From: a virus | Lineage: Duplodnaviria; Caudoviricetes | DNA length: 64,000 nt | Strand: one strand, 5' to 3' | Virus record (IMG/VR): IMGVR_UViG_3300047160_007019 | Location: 1 to 64,000 of that record | Part shown: positions 20,179 to 31,128 of the stretch, one piece after another | Numbering within the stretch: the first letter of the stretch is position 1 | Layout of the letters: each line of letters starts with the position of its first letter | Notes under the pieces: model-generated | What the model was told of the DNA's origin: nothing | The model's input: the letters and a program-made list of their open reading frames with translations, nothing else | Databases searched by the model: none | Translations under genes and position numbers: made by a program

Positions 20179-20601
20179 TTATACCTCTCTCGTCCACTTG
20201 ACATACGCGATCTTCCAAGGCTCCAGCAGCACCCGCTCGTAGCCGCGGCGCAAAACCGGGTCCAGAAACCCCACCCGCTTGCATTGCATGGTTTGGGCAA
20301 TCTCCAGCACCTGTTCCTCGTACTGCTGAATGACACTGCGACTGGCGCTACTGTAGGCCCACCATACTAGTAGTTCGTAAGCCTGTTCCGCCGCCGGCAG
20401 GGATGGGAGGTAGATCGGCTCGCGTTTCACGATTACGAATCCGTCGTCGCACACAAACAGCTTGGACTGATTCAGCGCCAGGTCCAGGTAGACATCCTCC
20501 GGCCGCATCAGGCCGCGATGCGGTTCCATGGCCGACATCAGGCCTGGCAGGATGCGATCCCACCATGGTCGAAAATCCTCTTGCAGGACGAGCTGGCTCA
20601 T
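20179..20601 (-). CDS. GNAT-like phage protein preceding ejection genes
   Basis: size, position and LLVWWAYS...QTMQCKRVGF...RRGYERV pattern. Confidence 0.5.
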   Translation of the reverse strand: MSQLVLQEDFRPWWDRILPGLMSAMEPHRGLMRPEDVYLDLALNQSKLFVCDDGFVIVKREPIYLPSLPAAEQAYELLVWWAYSSASRSVIQQYEEQVLEIAQTMQCKRVGFLDPVLRRGYERVLLEPWKIAYVKWTREV

Positions 20602-20882
20602 TGTGTCGTGTCCACCTGGCTCACCATTCCCTCCATCTCCTCCAGTGCTTTCTGGATAAACATACGATAGGCACGTTTGGCGCGCTCGTTCCAGTGGGCA
20701 GGAGGTTCTATCGGCACAACCGCGAAGGACCCACCGCTGACTTCCTGCATGATGCTGGAAGCTTCAACTGGCGGCAGGTCCCGCAATGATCGATAGATCT
20801 GCATGATATCAACGGGGGTAGCCCGCCCCTCCTTGATCTTGTTGGCCAACTCCGCGAGCACGTCGATGGCTTCCCTTGGCAT
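20598..20882 (-). CDS. hypothetical protein
   Basis: coupled ORF. Confidence 0.55.
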   Translation of the reverse strand: MPREAIDVLAELANKIKEGRATPVDIMQIYRSLRDLPPVEASSIMQEVSGGSFAVVPIEPPAHWNERAKRAYRMFIQKALEEMEGMVSQVDTTQ

Positions 20883-20894
20883 TGGTCTGGAGAA

Positions 20895-21236
20895 TCATTT
20901 GGGGGTGCGCGACTTCTGCGGGCCATCCCGGAACAGGCTGGTCAGCGTGTCCTGAGATCCTTTTAGGCTCGACATGGTGTGCCCCATTTCATTCAGCTTT
21001 TCGTAGAGCTTGCTGAATTCGGTGGTTAAACCGTCCTTGGTCGGCAGATGCCGCAGTTCACTTTCCAGCGCCTGAATACGGCTCTCATGTCGCTCTACCG
21101 CCGCCTTTTGCTTGTCGTGTTCCTCCCATTGCCGCCTGCGGTTGATATCCTGCCGCGTCGACCAGATGGTCAGGATGCCGATGCCGATGACGGCCCCGGC
21201 GCTGACGATGAGCGAAATGATTTCGCTGGCGGTCAT
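20895..21236 (-). CDS. single-TM coiled-coil lysis-associated protein
   Basis: N-terminal TM helix; coupled to endolysin. Confidence 0.55.
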   Translation of the reverse strand: MTASEIISLIVSAGAVIGIGILTIWSTRQDINRRRQWEEHDKQKAAVERHESRIQALESELRHLPTKDGLTTEFSKLYEKLNEMGHTMSSLKGSQDTLTSLFRDGPQKSRTPK

Positions 21237-21805
21237 CCTTCGACTCCCAGTGCCGCCTGATATTGCGCCCAGCGGTGCCGGCGGTCGTCCAGACCATTGA
21301 TGCCGCCATTGATGCGCCGGGTGATCTTCACGAAAGCCTCGTCGGTGCCGGCGTCCGCGATGGCGCTAAGACCGTGGCGCGACCAGAACCAGCACGCCGA
21401 CTCTGCGGCGTCCGGCTGCACCTTTAGCAGGCTCGGATCGCGCGCGCATCGATCATCCCGGTAGCGGTCCATGCTATAGTCGCGGTGGTTGAAATAGCCG
21501 GTGATCTGGATCAAGCCATGGCCGGCATAAAAATGCCCCGGTGTGTCAGCGTGCGCGGCTGCGAATGCAACCGCTTCCGGCAGATTATTGCCCAGGTCGG
21601 CCCGGTGGTCATATCCAGCCTGCTGCGAGGTCGGACCCCACAACTCGCGCGTCAGTTTGAAGCCGCCGGATTCGTGCGCGCATTGCGCAAGAAACATGGC
21701 CTGTCGTGTCGGCGTGTTGATCTGATAGCGGGCGCATCCTGCGATCAGAGCGTCGATATAGGGACCTATAGCCTTGTCCACCGATAGCAACTGATCGGCG
21801 TTCAT
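21233..21805 (-). CDS. glycoside hydrolase family 19 endolysin
   Basis: AMFLAQCAHESGGF, GHGLIQITG, TRRINGGINGLDDR motifs. Confidence 0.9.
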   Translation of the reverse strand: MNADQLLSVDKAIGPYIDALIAGCARYQINTPTRQAMFLAQCAHESGGFKLTRELWGPTSQQAGYDHRADLGNNLPEAVAFAAAHADTPGHFYAGHGLIQITGYFNHRDYSMDRYRDDRCARDPSLLKVQPDAAESACWFWSRHGLSAIADAGTDEAFVKITRRINGGINGLDDRRHRWAQYQAALGVEG

Positions 21806-22374
21806 GACTTACCTCCAGCCGGCGGCGTTGAGTCCAGGGCCTTGTTCAGCAGCGCATGCTGCGTATCGGTGCTACTGGACGAGCCGAAGTAAAACGACAG
21901 CACCAGGATCAGTGCGGAGTCCAGCGTACCGAGGATGCGCCCGAACACCACCTCCGAGCCGGCCGGAATGGCGTGGGTCATCGCGTAGCCCTCACCGATG
22001 GCGGCGGCGACTACGACGAGGCAGGCCAGGGCTGGGGTGACCCAAGTCTTGGTGCTGACCTGCATGTCGCGCGCGCTGGCACGGTCGGCGGCATCGGTCT
22101 GCGCCAGGGTGATGCCGGCGTTGATGAACTGCTGCTTGAGCGTGTCGTCGGCCTGCTTCATTGCCACGAGTTGTTCCGGGGTCAGGCCGGCCGTGACCGC
22201 GTTCTGGATTGCGCTGGCACGTTGCTCCAGGGTCGAGGTCGGATCCGGAGCAATGCCCAGAACCTTCTCGATCCCGGTGACAGCAGTTGCCCCCAACGGA
22301 CCCAGGAACAGCCCGGCCGCCGTCGGAGCGACCGATGCGAGCGTGCTGCCGATGGTTTGAAGAATGCTAGCCAT
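21802..22374 (-). CDS. putative holin (two C-terminal TM helices)
   Basis: LILVLSFYFGSS motif; adjacent to endolysin; possible second start at 22380. Confidence 0.65.
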   Translation of the reverse strand: MASILQTIGSTLASVAPTAAGLFLGPLGATAVTGIEKVLGIAPDPTSTLEQRASAIQNAVTAGLTPEQLVAMKQADDTLKQQFINAGITLAQTDAADRASARDMQVSTKTWVTPALACLVVVAAAIGEGYAMTHAIPAGSEVVFGRILGTLDSALILVLSFYFGSSSSTDTQHALLNKALDSTPPAGGKS

Positions 22375-22597
22375 TTTCATCTCCCTTCTGCTTGGGCATG
22401 GAAGAACGGCTTTCGCCAAACGCCCAGTTGGCGAAACCGCCGGATAGAGTCAGCAGCCCTCCGAGGATTTCCGGTAACCCGTAGCTGCTTTCCTGTTCGA
22501 CTTTCCCGAGCGCGATGATTCCAGCTAGCGCTGCGGTCACGAACAGCAGCAGAAAGCCGAACAGCATCTTGAGATGGGAAAGGTCGAGTACACGCAT
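22367..22597 (-). CDS. small two-TM membrane protein
   Basis: two hydrophobic helices, lysis cluster. Confidence 0.55.
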   Translation of the reverse strand: MRVLDLSHLKMLFGFLLLFVTAALAGIIALGKVEQESSYGLPEILGGLLTLSGGFANWAFGESRSSMPKQKGDENG

Positions 22598-22599
22598 GG

Positions 22600-23262
22600 C
22601 TACAACTGGAAGCCTTCCGCATTGAGCGAACAGGTCGTTCCACCGCTGACACCGGTGACGGTCAGGATGATCGAGGTTGCCGCAGCAGAAGCAGGCACGG
22701 GCTGAGGGAAAGATCGTTGTAGGCCGGAGAATGCGTTCGTCAGTTCCGTCACCTGGTAGCTCTCCGTGCCCGTAATGACGCCGGCCAAGGTCGCCGTTGT
22801 CCCCACCGCAGTCGATGCCTGGAACTGGCAGGTGATCGAGAAGCCGTTGATGTAGGTGGTCTTGCCGCTCACCCCAGCCAGCGTGCAGGTCAGGTTCGCG
22901 GTGCTGGCTCCCGTGGTCGAACAGGTCAGCGGCGTGCCGGCGGCCGTGGCCTGGCTCGTGACGGTGCCGCTCACTGGCACAGGCGTTCCACCGGTCGCGC
23001 CCTGGACGGTGACAACGCCCGCCGCCGGTGTTCCGGCCGTACCGGAACCGGTGACGGTCTGGGTTCCGCTCGGCGTTGAGGTGACGCTGCCGGTGACGCG
23101 CAGGTTGCCGCTGGTATCCAGAGACAGATTGCCCGGCTGATTGATGTACGGGGTGTAGTTCGGTGCGGCCGAGGTGACCCAGCCGGTGTCACCAGCGTTT
23201 GCGCATGGCACGAACAGCAGCGTAGCGGTCAGCAGTACAGCGAAGCGAAAACAGTTTTTCAT
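22600..23262 (-). CDS. Thr/Gly-rich putative virion protein with signal-peptide-like N-terminus
   Basis: MKNCFRFAVLLTATLLFVPCANA|G. Confidence 0.6.
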   Translation of the reverse strand: MKNCFRFAVLLTATLLFVPCANAGDTGWVTSAAPNYTPYINQPGNLSLDTSGNLRVTGSVTSTPSGTQTVTGSGTAGTPAAGVVTVQGATGGTPVPVSGTVTSQATAAGTPLTCSTTGASTANLTCTLAGVSGKTTYINGFSITCQFQASTAVGTTATLAGVITGTESYQVTELTNAFSGLQRSFPQPVPASAAATSIILTVTGVSGGTTCSLNAEGFQL

Positions 23263-23298
23263 CGTTGACTCCTTTTGGTTAGGTAATGTTTCCTGATT

Positions 23299-23670
23299 TT
23301 AGCGAACGCCAAGTTCGCCTTCGCCCTGCAAGGTCAAAGCGGTCGCAGTATTGGAACCTCCGACGAGAAAGTCGGCCACGTCCAGTGGCATCGCTCCGTA
23401 CCAGTCCACATAGGAATTGGCGGCGACGCTGGTGCCCAGACCCATGAACTCGCTGCCAGCGGCATTGGCTCCGGTCGCGCCGATCCACAACGAGAACGTC
23501 GCCGCCGTACCGGTCTTGTTGACGATGCGGATGTGCTTGAGAATGAAGTACAGGTTGCCGGACGAAGCAGGCATGCCGACACCGCCGGTCGTGGTGCCTG
23601 GGTTCAATATGTTGGTGGTCAGCGTGGTGGTCAGAGCCACTGGACCGAAACGAACTGGTTTGTTTTGCAT
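23299..23670 (-). CDS. putative virion beta-sandwich protein
   Basis: IRIVNKTGTAATFSLWIG motif. Confidence 0.65.
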   Translation of the reverse strand: MQNKPVRFGPVALTTTLTTNILNPGTTTGGVGMPASSGNLYFILKHIRIVNKTGTAATFSLWIGATGANAAGSEFMGLGTSVAANSYVDWYGAMPLDVADFLVGGSNTATALTLQGEGELGVR

Positions 23671-23683
23671 GGTAAATTCTCCT

Positions 23684-24112
23684 TCAGGTTGATTCAGGCC
23701 AAACTTCGATCATCAACTCGCCGGTGCCGACGCGACGATGATCCGTGCCGCTGCCGCCGATCTTTTGTAAGTTGGCGATTGAAGCGGGAATGCCGGCGGC
23801 AATCAAGGCTGCGCATAGGCTTTGCGCTTCGCTTGCAGGTTCTCCTGCCACCAAAATACCGTTGCGTTTGATGCGGCCATTGATCTTCCCGCGCAGGTGG
23901 ACCATCGATCTTGGGATCACCGGCTCTCCCGGCTTGAATGTCGGTTGCTGTGGCAGAACTTGGTCCAGAAATTCCACCAGCGCCACGGCGTCATTCCAAG
24001 GCTGCGATTCGTCGTAGGCGTAGACGACGATATTGGTCTGTGGATGATCTGACCAGTGCGCGGCGATATGCGGCTTGGCATCTGCCAATTGTTGATCGGT
24101 GAATTTTCTCAT
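23684..24112 (-). CDS. hypothetical protein
   Basis: coupled ORF. Confidence 0.5.
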   Translation of the reverse strand: MRKFTDQQLADAKPHIAAHWSDHPQTNIVVYAYDESQPWNDAVALVEFLDQVLPQQPTFKPGEPVIPRSMVHLRGKINGRIKRNGILVAGEPASEAQSLCAALIAAGIPASIANLQKIGGSGTDHRRVGTGELMIEVWPEST

Positions 24113-25296
24113 GGCGTAGAGTGCAACAAGTACATGCCGGCGTTGATCGTGCCACTGGAGCTGTTCTGCGCATCTTGGCCCCAGCCTCTAACACTTGGGG
24201 TCAGCCAATCGGTGCGGCTGACTTGATAGACCTGTGTGTATTTATTCCTTTTTGCGCCGAAATAGAAAGTGAAATTGGTTCCATCATCATGCACCTTCAG
24301 CCAAATACCATCCTGTATGAACGGCGCGCCCATGTTGAAGTAGGTCGAGTTGAAGCTGGTCGGGCTGTTGAGCTTGATGATTTGGAATTCAGGGGCATTC
24401 AGGCCCCCGGCACTAGGAGAATTCGGCATCTGTCCAACAAGGGCAAACACCACAGCTTTTGGAGTTGCGCCGCTCGCCAAGATGGCCAGTCCCCCCTGCA
24501 TATAGCTGCGGTTCAGATAATCAGGGAGGATGAAAATCTCGTGATCGTATGGGGTTGATGGGAGCGATTCGACCTGGAACGCCCAACTATCAGCAGCAGA
24601 CAAACCGGCTTGCAGCAGATAAAGGAATGGCCCAACAGAAGAAATCGTGGCGCTGCCCTGGTTGACCCAAGAAAAGTTTGCTGCTACCGGAGGAGTGACA
24701 ACCTGGGTGCCATATCGAGTGTAGTTGAACGATCCTCCTGCGGTGCTGATTAGTTCTGCTGGCGCATCGGTGCACTGATAAATCTCTGCGCCAGTTGGAG
24801 TACCGGCCGAGGCATAGAGACCAGCGCCAATAGCTGCAATGCCATTGAGGCCCGCTACACCTGTGGCACCAGGAATAGAAAAACCATCCTCTCCTGGAGA
24901 GCCTTCAAGAAACAGCGCTGATCCTTGTGCGCCTGCAACTCCGGCTGCGCCAGGACTGCCCGGCGGACCAGGGACAATGATCGAATCTCCGCCGCCATCT
25001 CCATCTTCAGACAGAATGAACTGAGACGACTCAAAAATGTTGGTGACAGTGCTGCCACCGCTCGGCAGGTTGTTGACCTGATTTTGGAGCTGCCGAAGCT
25101 GCGCCAGAATCTGGTTGACCAGAGCGGTGAGCTGGGCATTGTTGCCACCGGCAGGAATTCCGCTGACAGCCTTGGCGACGGCGCTGGTGATCGCCGGGTT
25201 GATCGACTGCGCCATGCTGATGAGGTCTTTCCTGTGCGCAGGATTCATCCCGGTCAGAGACGGAATTACGACCTGTGCGGTAGAGGAGTTAGCCAC
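24109..25296 (-). CDS. tail fibre-like protein with short collagen-like G-X-Y stretch
   Basis: [16 protein letters not shown]; lower-GC 3' part. Confidence 0.6.
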   Translation of the reverse strand: MANSSTAQVVIPSLTGMNPAHRKDLISMAQSINPAITSAVAKAVSGIPAGGNNAQLTALVNQILAQLRQLQNQVNNLPSGGSTVTNIFESSQFILSEDGDGGGDSIIVPGPPGSPGAAGVAGAQGSALFLEGSPGEDGFSIPGATGVAGLNGIAAIGAGLYASAGTPTGAEIYQCTDAPAELISTAGGSFNYTRYGTQVVTPPVAANFSWVNQGSATISSVGPFLYLLQAGLSAADSWAFQVESLPSTPYDHEIFILPDYLNRSYMQGGLAILASGATPKAVVFALVGQMPNSPSAGGLNAPEFQIIKLNSPTSFNSTYFNMGAPFIQDGIWLKVHDDGTNFTFYFGAKRNKYTQVYQVSRTDWLTPSVRGWGQDAQNSSSGTINAGMYLLHSTP

Positions 25297-28200
25297 CTGT
25301 CAACTCCTCGACACGCTCGGCGTATTCAATGGTCTGTACCGCTGGGTTTGCGGTTGCTCCCCACGTCAGGATGAACTGGTGATCGTTGCCGTTCCATGGC
25401 TCGATGGTGAATTCGTTGTCGTCCACTGGAGTACGCACCGGTGCCGCAGCACCTTCCACGAAAAGCTGCGTCTGCAAGCCCATGTAGTTGTCGGCGCGGA
25501 CGCGCTCAACTCCGTAGGCCGTTTCATAGGCATCAAGGTAAAGCTTTGAGGACCAGTAGCCAGGGCGGTAGGTTGATTCGCCTTCCCACTGGCAGAGCTG
25601 GTTGGTCGCGGTGGTATCGGAGCCGTTGTAGGTGACACCAGCGATCTGCCAGAAGCCGAAGTCTGGCACGAAGTACAGGGTGTCTCCCGCGGTGTTGGTG
25701 ACAGCGGCGGTGACGTGCACATCCACGCTGGCCAGTCCGAACCCATCCGGGTTCATATCCAGAATCATCCCGGCCTTGAGCTCGGCGGTCAGGCTGGTAC
25801 TGCCGACGGTCTGCGAGTTGTTGACCGTGTACTTTCCACCGCCCAGGTAGGCGGTAATCATCGTCCCCGAGGTGACTCCGGTTCCGGAGATGAGAGTCCC
25901 CAGGCGCAGCAGGCCGCGGTTCGCGCTCGGAACTGCAGTGGCCGTCAGCGTGGTTCCTGAAATGGAGCCAGTGAAGTTGAACGAAGTGTCGAACCAGAAG
26001 AAGTACAGGCGCTGGTTGACACAGGCAGTGATACTGCTCGGGGTCAGACCCTGCCATTCCCGGCGCGTGAACAGCTGGGAAGTGACGTTGCGGATCTGGC
26101 CGAATCCAGCGTAACCGTAGACACCATCAGTCGAGGCAAACACCGCGCCGTAGTCCGGATGGTAGGCGGTGCTGCGCGCACTGACGCAAGCCTGCGGGAA
26201 TGATTCCACGCCCATCTGGAACGCCGATGGATCAGTGCCGTATGCAGTGTACGGGCGTCCTTGAGTCAGGATGCCGATGTTGAAGCCCAAGGCTACCAGG
26301 GCGACGATGGGTGAGTCCGTCGCCAGGGCGTAGGACTGCGGCCAAGCCTGCGGTTGTCCGGCCACCGACAGGTACAGCGTGTTGCCGACGAACCCGGCCA
26401 GAATCTCGTTTGGCAGCGCGATGATGCCAATGAGGTTGGATGGCGGAGGGTCCCAGTCGGCCGATTGCAGCGCCTCACCCAGGTCAGTCGTCGGCGTGGC
26501 GTCGATGTAGGTCCAGCCCGACAGCGTGTGGGTGACACCATACATCGTGAACGAGGTCTGCAACGAATAGGTGCCGCTGATGTTGGCGAAGTAGAACAGC
26601 GTCCCCCCGTTGGCCTGGATGGTCAGCGGTTGCGAAAGTGTTACGGAAGTGTTCGCAACGAAACTGGACACGGTGGTTCCAGGCGGTACTGCGCCGACGG
26701 CATCCGTGACTACCATGCCGTTCGAGATACCGGCAGTGCTGGTCATGGGGATCGTCGCCAGACCCGAGGCAACCGTGCTGCTGCTCGCCTGGATCACCTG
26801 CGGCTCGTAGACCACGGTGTAGGCTTGACCCGAGACTATGGTGCCGGCACCGCTTCCTGCCAGGCTCACCGCAGCTCCACCGTTGAGGGCGATGGTCACG
26901 GCCCCGGTGCTGGTAGCGGTGGCGATGAAGAAATAGCAGGTGTTCTGAGCCGGAGCCGCGCTGTCGGTAGTGGTCAGCGTGATCGCATTGGCAGTGCCTC
27001 CTACCTTACAGATCGGGAAGCCGCCGTCAGAATAGTTGCCGTTCTCGACTTGCTCATACTGGCTGCCGGAACTGCCGGTGGCAACGCGATACAGGTAGAG
27101 CTCGGAATACTCCGCCGCCAGCGTGGACGGCGTGGGGAAGCTGATGATGTTGATGTTGTCGTTGTCAACCTGTACCGACGGCGTGGACGGCGGACTGACG
27201 CTGGATTCCAGGGACAGCGAGTTGGCGCCGGTGAACAGGTAGTTCGAGTAAACCGGGACCAGCGTGGCTGGCGGCTGGTTGACACTGACAATGATGGTTC
27301 CAAAGTAGACATGGCCAGCATCCGGGGCGTTTGCGCCGGCGGCGCTGGCAATCTGCACGTCATCGCCGCAGTATGTTGCGGTCAGGCCGGTAGCCTGCGC
27401 AATGATCGCGCTGGTGGTGAGGTTCTTCACGACCACGGAGCAGGTATAGGTCCGAATGCCACTCGAACTCAGTCCATTGTTGACGCAGGTGATGGACACT
27501 GCGAGAGGCGTGGTAGCGCCGAGACCCGATGTCGTCAAAGAGACCGCTGCGCTGCCAGCACCTTGGTCGGTCCAGGTGATATTGCCGCCGGTCTGGAATG
27601 GGAAGTACAGCTGCGCACCTTGCGAGTTCGAGGCGACAACGCGAATCAAGGCATCCTGATCCTCTACCAAGTCGCTGCCGTCGGTAGAGCTGACATTGCA
27701 AGTGACGGTGAAGTTTACGCTGGTGGCGAAGTCAAAGGCCCCGTCAATGGTCGCCCACGTGGAGTTTGACTGTTGCGCCAGCACGTCATAGCAGGGATGG
27801 GGGATGGTCGGATGGCCACCACTGGCAATAGACGTGACGCTGCCGTAGGCGCCACTCCATCCAACCGACCACCCCGTCATATCCGTGATGTAGGGGAACG
27901 TGCTGGTGTTGTTCACCGATGAACCGGGAATGTTGCTCACCCCAGGCGCGGTGGTCGGGGCAGGCACCGCCAGGTTCTGCGACGCCACAGGGTACGGGCC
28001 GTTCGGTGCTGTGTTGCCGTTAAGCGCCAGTGCCACGTTGGTGATTTGCGGAGCCCCGGTCCCAGCGAAAACCGTGCGGTAGGTCGTGTCGTTGGCGATG
28101 GGAATGCGCGCGACGCTGACCATGGTCGCGCCGTTCTGCAGTTCCGTATTGGCCCACGAGAACCATTTGGTGACGTTGGTGCCATCGTAGTACGGATAGA

Positions 28201-28372
28201 TGGTCGTGGTCGGGCCAGGCTTTCCCAGCGCGTATAGGTCCGAGATATCGTTCCAGGCCTCCAGATCTCCGGACAGCAGGCGCGCGTTCATCGCCACCGG
28301 TGACATTTCGTTCGGCAGTGCCCTTTGTGAAACCCTGGGCGCCTCTCCGCGGAAGTTCTTGATCGATATCAT
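25289..28372 (-). CDS. tail nozzle / tail tubular protein B-like
   Basis: [12 protein letters not shown]...NARLLSGDL start; [18 protein letters not shown]; position after adaptors. Confidence 0.7.
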   Translation of the reverse strand: MISIKNFRGEAPRVSQRALPNEMSPVAMNARLLSGDLEAWNDISDLYALGKPGPTTTIYPYYDGTNVTKWFSWANTELQNGATMVSVARIPIANDTTYRTVFAGTGAPQITNVALALNGNTAPNGPYPVASQNLAVPAPTTAPGVSNIPGSSVNNTSTFPYITDMTGWSVGWSGAYGSVTSIASGGHPTIPHPCYDVLAQQSNSTWATIDGAFDFATSVNFTVTCNVSSTDGSDLVEDQDALIRVVASNSQGAQLYFPFQTGGNITWTDQGAGSAAVSLTTSGLGATTPLAVSITCVNNGLSSSGIRTYTCSVVVKNLTTSAIIAQATGLTATYCGDDVQIASAAGANAPDAGHVYFGTIIVSVNQPPATLVPVYSNYLFTGANSLSLESSVSPPSTPSVQVDNDNINIISFPTPSTLAAEYSELYLYRVATGSSGSQYEQVENGNYSDGGFPICKVGGTANAITLTTTDSAAPAQNTCYFFIATATSTGAVTIALNGGAAVSLAGSGAGTIVSGQAYTVVYEPQVIQASSSTVASGLATIPMTSTAGISNGMVVTDAVGAVPPGTTVSSFVANTSVTLSQPLTIQANGGTLFYFANISGTYSLQTSFTMYGVTHTLSGWTYIDATPTTDLGEALQSADWDPPPSNLIGIIALPNEILAGFVGNTLYLSVAGQPQAWPQSYALATDSPIVALVALGFNIGILTQGRPYTAYGTDPSAFQMGVESFPQACVSARSTAYHPDYGAVFASTDGVYGYAGFGQIRNVTSQLFTRREWQGLTPSSITACVNQRLYFFWFDTSFNFTGSISGTTLTATAVPSANRGLLRLGTLISGTGVTSGTMITAYLGGGKYTVNNSQTVGSTSLTAELKAGMILDMNPDGFGLASVDVHVTAAVTNTAGDTLYFVPDFGFWQIAGVTYNGSDTTATNQLCQWEGESTYRPGYWSSKLYLDAYETAYGVERVRADNYMGLQTQLFVEGAAAPVRTPVDDNEFTIEPWNGNDHQFILTWGATANPAVQTIEYAERVEELTGG

Positions 28373-30198
28373 GGATACGGGAACGGCGCAGTCGGCGGTG
28401 TGAAGTTGGCGGTGTAGCGGCCTACTCCTTTGGTGACGCGGACTTCATCGACATAGCCCAGCGAGCTGGGTGGCCCGACGATCTGCACCACGTCGCCGGG
28501 GTTGTGCGGCGACGTGAGGCTTATTCCTGTGGTCGAAACGGTACCCTGCAGCACGCCGTCGATGAAAGCGTACAGAATCTGGCTGACTTGGCTAAAAGCT
28601 ATGTGATGCCAAGTATTAACCGTTACGTTTCCGCCAAAGTTATGGATGAACGGGAAGGCAGTGAATACCACGTCAATATTGGCTTGTCCGGCAATTCCAG
28701 TGTTGCCGCTATTAACCTCCCATGTATAGAAGTCGCCGCTGCTGCTGATGGCTAGCAGGCGGATATTTTGATTGATGGGCGGAGGAGATAGATATGATGT
28801 GACGTAGACCCAACCCTCTACCGTGTAGTCGCCCGTACCGAAGTCGAAGTCGGTGCTGGTCGGACATTCAATGGCTGAGGCGTTGTCCGGAATTGAGAGA
28901 GACGATGGTCCGAACTTGGCCTGCGCAGTCGACAATGCGGCATTGGACCCGTTGGCGGTCCATATATGGCGCCCGGTGGTGTCGGTAAATATCGTGCTGC
29001 CATTGATGCCATCGAAGTGCAGCAGGGCCACCACATCGGAGCTGAACGGATCGCCCGGAACCGTCGCGCTAATCTCGGTGGAGGTCTGCGTCTGCGAGCA
29101 GAGATTGGTGGCGACTACCTTGAAGTAGTAAGTAGTACCAGACGTCAGGCCGATTATTGGCCAATTCAGTGTGCCGCCGCTGCCGACTCCAGTGTAGACC
29201 GGAACGCCAGTCTCGCCGCCCGGCGTGGTGCCCATATAGGCTGCATAGTTGACGTTCTGCTGAGACGTAAAGGACAGGGTGATCTGGCCGATGCCAGGAG
29301 TCGGCGTGACGCTCGGGGCCAGCAGTTGGAACGGAATGATGCTGGCAATGTTGGACGGCGACGACTCGCCGCCGGGGCCTACAGCGGTCACCTCGTAGTA
29401 GTAAGTGGTTCCGTCGGTCAGGCTGCCCACTGGCGTGTTCGTGCTGGTGAGCCCGGTTATTATCTTAGTGTATGGACCACCGAAGGCCGTGGCCTGATAG
29501 ACGTTGTAGGAGGATGCGCCAATTGATCCCGTCCAGGCTAATTGTCCGCGGCCGTCGCAAGCAACAGCGGTGAGGCTGGTAGGTGCCGCCGGTGGCTGGA
29601 TTGCAGGTGTGGCGTTGACTTCCGTGCATGCCCCTAGCCATCCCTTGAAGATCGGCTGCACCAGAAAGTAGTAGGTGGTGCCGTTGGTGAGTCCCTGCAC
29701 CAGCACACCAGCGTTGTTTTGGGTGATCCACGGTTGGCCGGGGATTTGCGTGGTGGGCAGAGGCGTCGGAATTTCCTGGCCAGAGGCTGTTCCCAGATAG
29801 ACGTTATAGCCGATGGCACCGAACACTTCCGTGATATTGAGCTGGACCTGGAACGCCGCTGCAACAGCCGATACCTGCGGCGTCGAGTAACTGGCAAGCC
29901 TACCCAAGTAGGACGATATGCTGCGGCCATCGCCCAGCTCCGCCACGATCTTGAAGGCGTAGGCCGTGAGGTTAAGACCGGTTACGGTGGCCGTGGTCGT
30001 GGTGAGATGCGACACGAACGGGATCATGTTGTCGTCGCGCGTGCCCGTGTAGACGGTATAGCTCACTGCATCCGGTACCGGCGCCCAGGACAGGAACATT
30101 GACTGGCCGGTCAGCAGCAAGATGAACGGGAAGGACTGAGGATTGAATGCCCCAGCGGCATATCCGGTATCGGCATAGATCGTCAGGGGGTTCATCAA
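28369..30198 (-). CDS. virion protein with fibronectin type III repeats and C-terminal LamG/ConA-like domain
   Basis: [10 protein letters not shown] / [10 protein letters not shown] repeats; VALLHFDG...[22 protein letters not shown]. Confidence 0.8.
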   Translation of the reverse strand: MMNPLTIYADTGYAAGAFNPQSFPFILLLTGQSMFLSWAPVPDAVSYTVYTGTRDDNMIPFVSHLTTTTATVTGLNLTAYAFKIVAELGDGRSISSYLGRLASYSTPQVSAVAAAFQVQLNITEVFGAIGYNVYLGTASGQEIPTPLPTTQIPGQPWITQNNAGVLVQGLTNGTTYYFLVQPIFKGWLGACTEVNATPAIQPPAAPTSLTAVACDGRGQLAWTGSIGASSYNVYQATAFGGPYTKIITGLTSTNTPVGSLTDGTTYYYEVTAVGPGGESSPSNIASIIPFQLLAPSVTPTPGIGQITLSFTSQQNVNYAAYMGTTPGGETGVPVYTGVGSGGTLNWPIIGLTSGTTYYFKVVATNLCSQTQTSTEISATVPGDPFSSDVVALLHFDGINGSTIFTDTTGRHIWTANGSNAALSTAQAKFGPSSLSIPDNASAIECPTSTDFDFGTGDYTVEGWVYVTSYLSPPPINQNIRLLAISSSGDFYTWEVNSGNTGIAGQANIDVVFTAFPFIHNFGGNVTVNTWHHIAFSQVSQILYAFIDGVLQGTVSTTGISLTSPHNPGDVVQIVGPPSSLGYVDEVRVTKGVGRYTANFTPPTAPFPYP

Positions 30199-31124
30199 TT
30201 GATGCTCTTGATGATGAAGGGCGCGGGCTGAACGCGCAGGTTGCCGGACTGGAAGTCGCGCAGGGCCTCCGCTTTGGCCCGCTGCAGGCCATCATCGAAT
30301 AACGACTTGTTGGCCAGAGACGCATCACCGTTGAACCAGGGCGTGCCTATCTGCTTGTACAGAAGCCACAGCGCGCCGAATCCAATGTCGGTCAGGTAGT
30401 TGGCGGCGATCTCGTCCGGAATCTGCACTGCGCCGAGCTTGGGCTGGACCGCGATCATCAGCAGGATCTGATACGGTCCGTTCGGGAAGGGATAGAGCAT
30501 GAAATTCCCAATCGGGGCGTAGGAAAATCCGCGCGGTCGTCCAGAACCGAACTTCGGGTCCATGTCGGCCGGGCTCGCCGGCGCCAGCGGGAATGGCCCG
30601 CAGGCAGCGCGGCGCACACCGATGATTTCCTCGTCCGATGAGAGGCCCAGGAACTGGCTGAACACCGGAATCGTGGGTTCGCCATTGGCCGGTACGTTGG
30701 CCTGGAATGACTGCGGCGTAGTGCTGACCTCGGAACTTGCCGCGCTTGGACCCACGCCGTTGACGGCCTGCACGGTGAAAAAATACTCGGTGCCGTTGGT
30801 CAGGTTGAGCACCACGGCTGCGGTCTGGTTGATGTTGGTCAGGTTCGGCGATTCCTGGCCGGATACGGTGCCCACGTTGATGGTGTAACTGGTGGCGTTC
30901 GGCACCGGTGTCCAGGCCAAGGTGGCCTGCGCGTTGCCGGCGGCGATCGAGACGTTTTGCGGTATGCCCGGAACGGCGCAGGTGAAGTCCGCCTGCCGGC
31001 GCACGTACCAGCTCTTTTGACAGAACATGCGCGCCGCGCGCATCACTGCGTCCTGCATGGTGTCGTCGTCGGCCTTCGGCACCTCGCGCCGGATCTCCTG
31101 CAGGAACACCTCCATATCAGCCAT
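30195..31124 (-). CDS. head-tail adaptor-like protein with inserted FN3 domain
   Basis: VMRAARMFCQKSW; NLTNGTEYFFTVQAVNGVG. Confidence 0.65.
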   Translation of the reverse strand: MADMEVFLQEIRREVPKADDDTMQDAVMRAARMFCQKSWYVRRQADFTCAVPGIPQNVSIAAGNAQATLAWTPVPNATSYTINVGTVSGQESPNLTNINQTAAVVLNLTNGTEYFFTVQAVNGVGPSAASSEVSTTPQSFQANVPANGEPTIPVFSQFLGLSSDEEIIGVRRAACGPFPLAPASPADMDPKFGSGRPRGFSYAPIGNFMLYPFPNGPYQILLMIAVQPKLGAVQIPDEIAANYLTDIGFGALWLLYKQIGTPWFNGDASLANKSLFDDGLQRAKAEALRDFQSGNLRVQPAPFIIKSIN

Positions 31125-31128
31125 GAGC

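Noticed and set aside
7353-30198. Diversity-generating retroelement acting on fibre genes
   Set aside because: No reverse transcriptase and no TR/VR repeat pair seen
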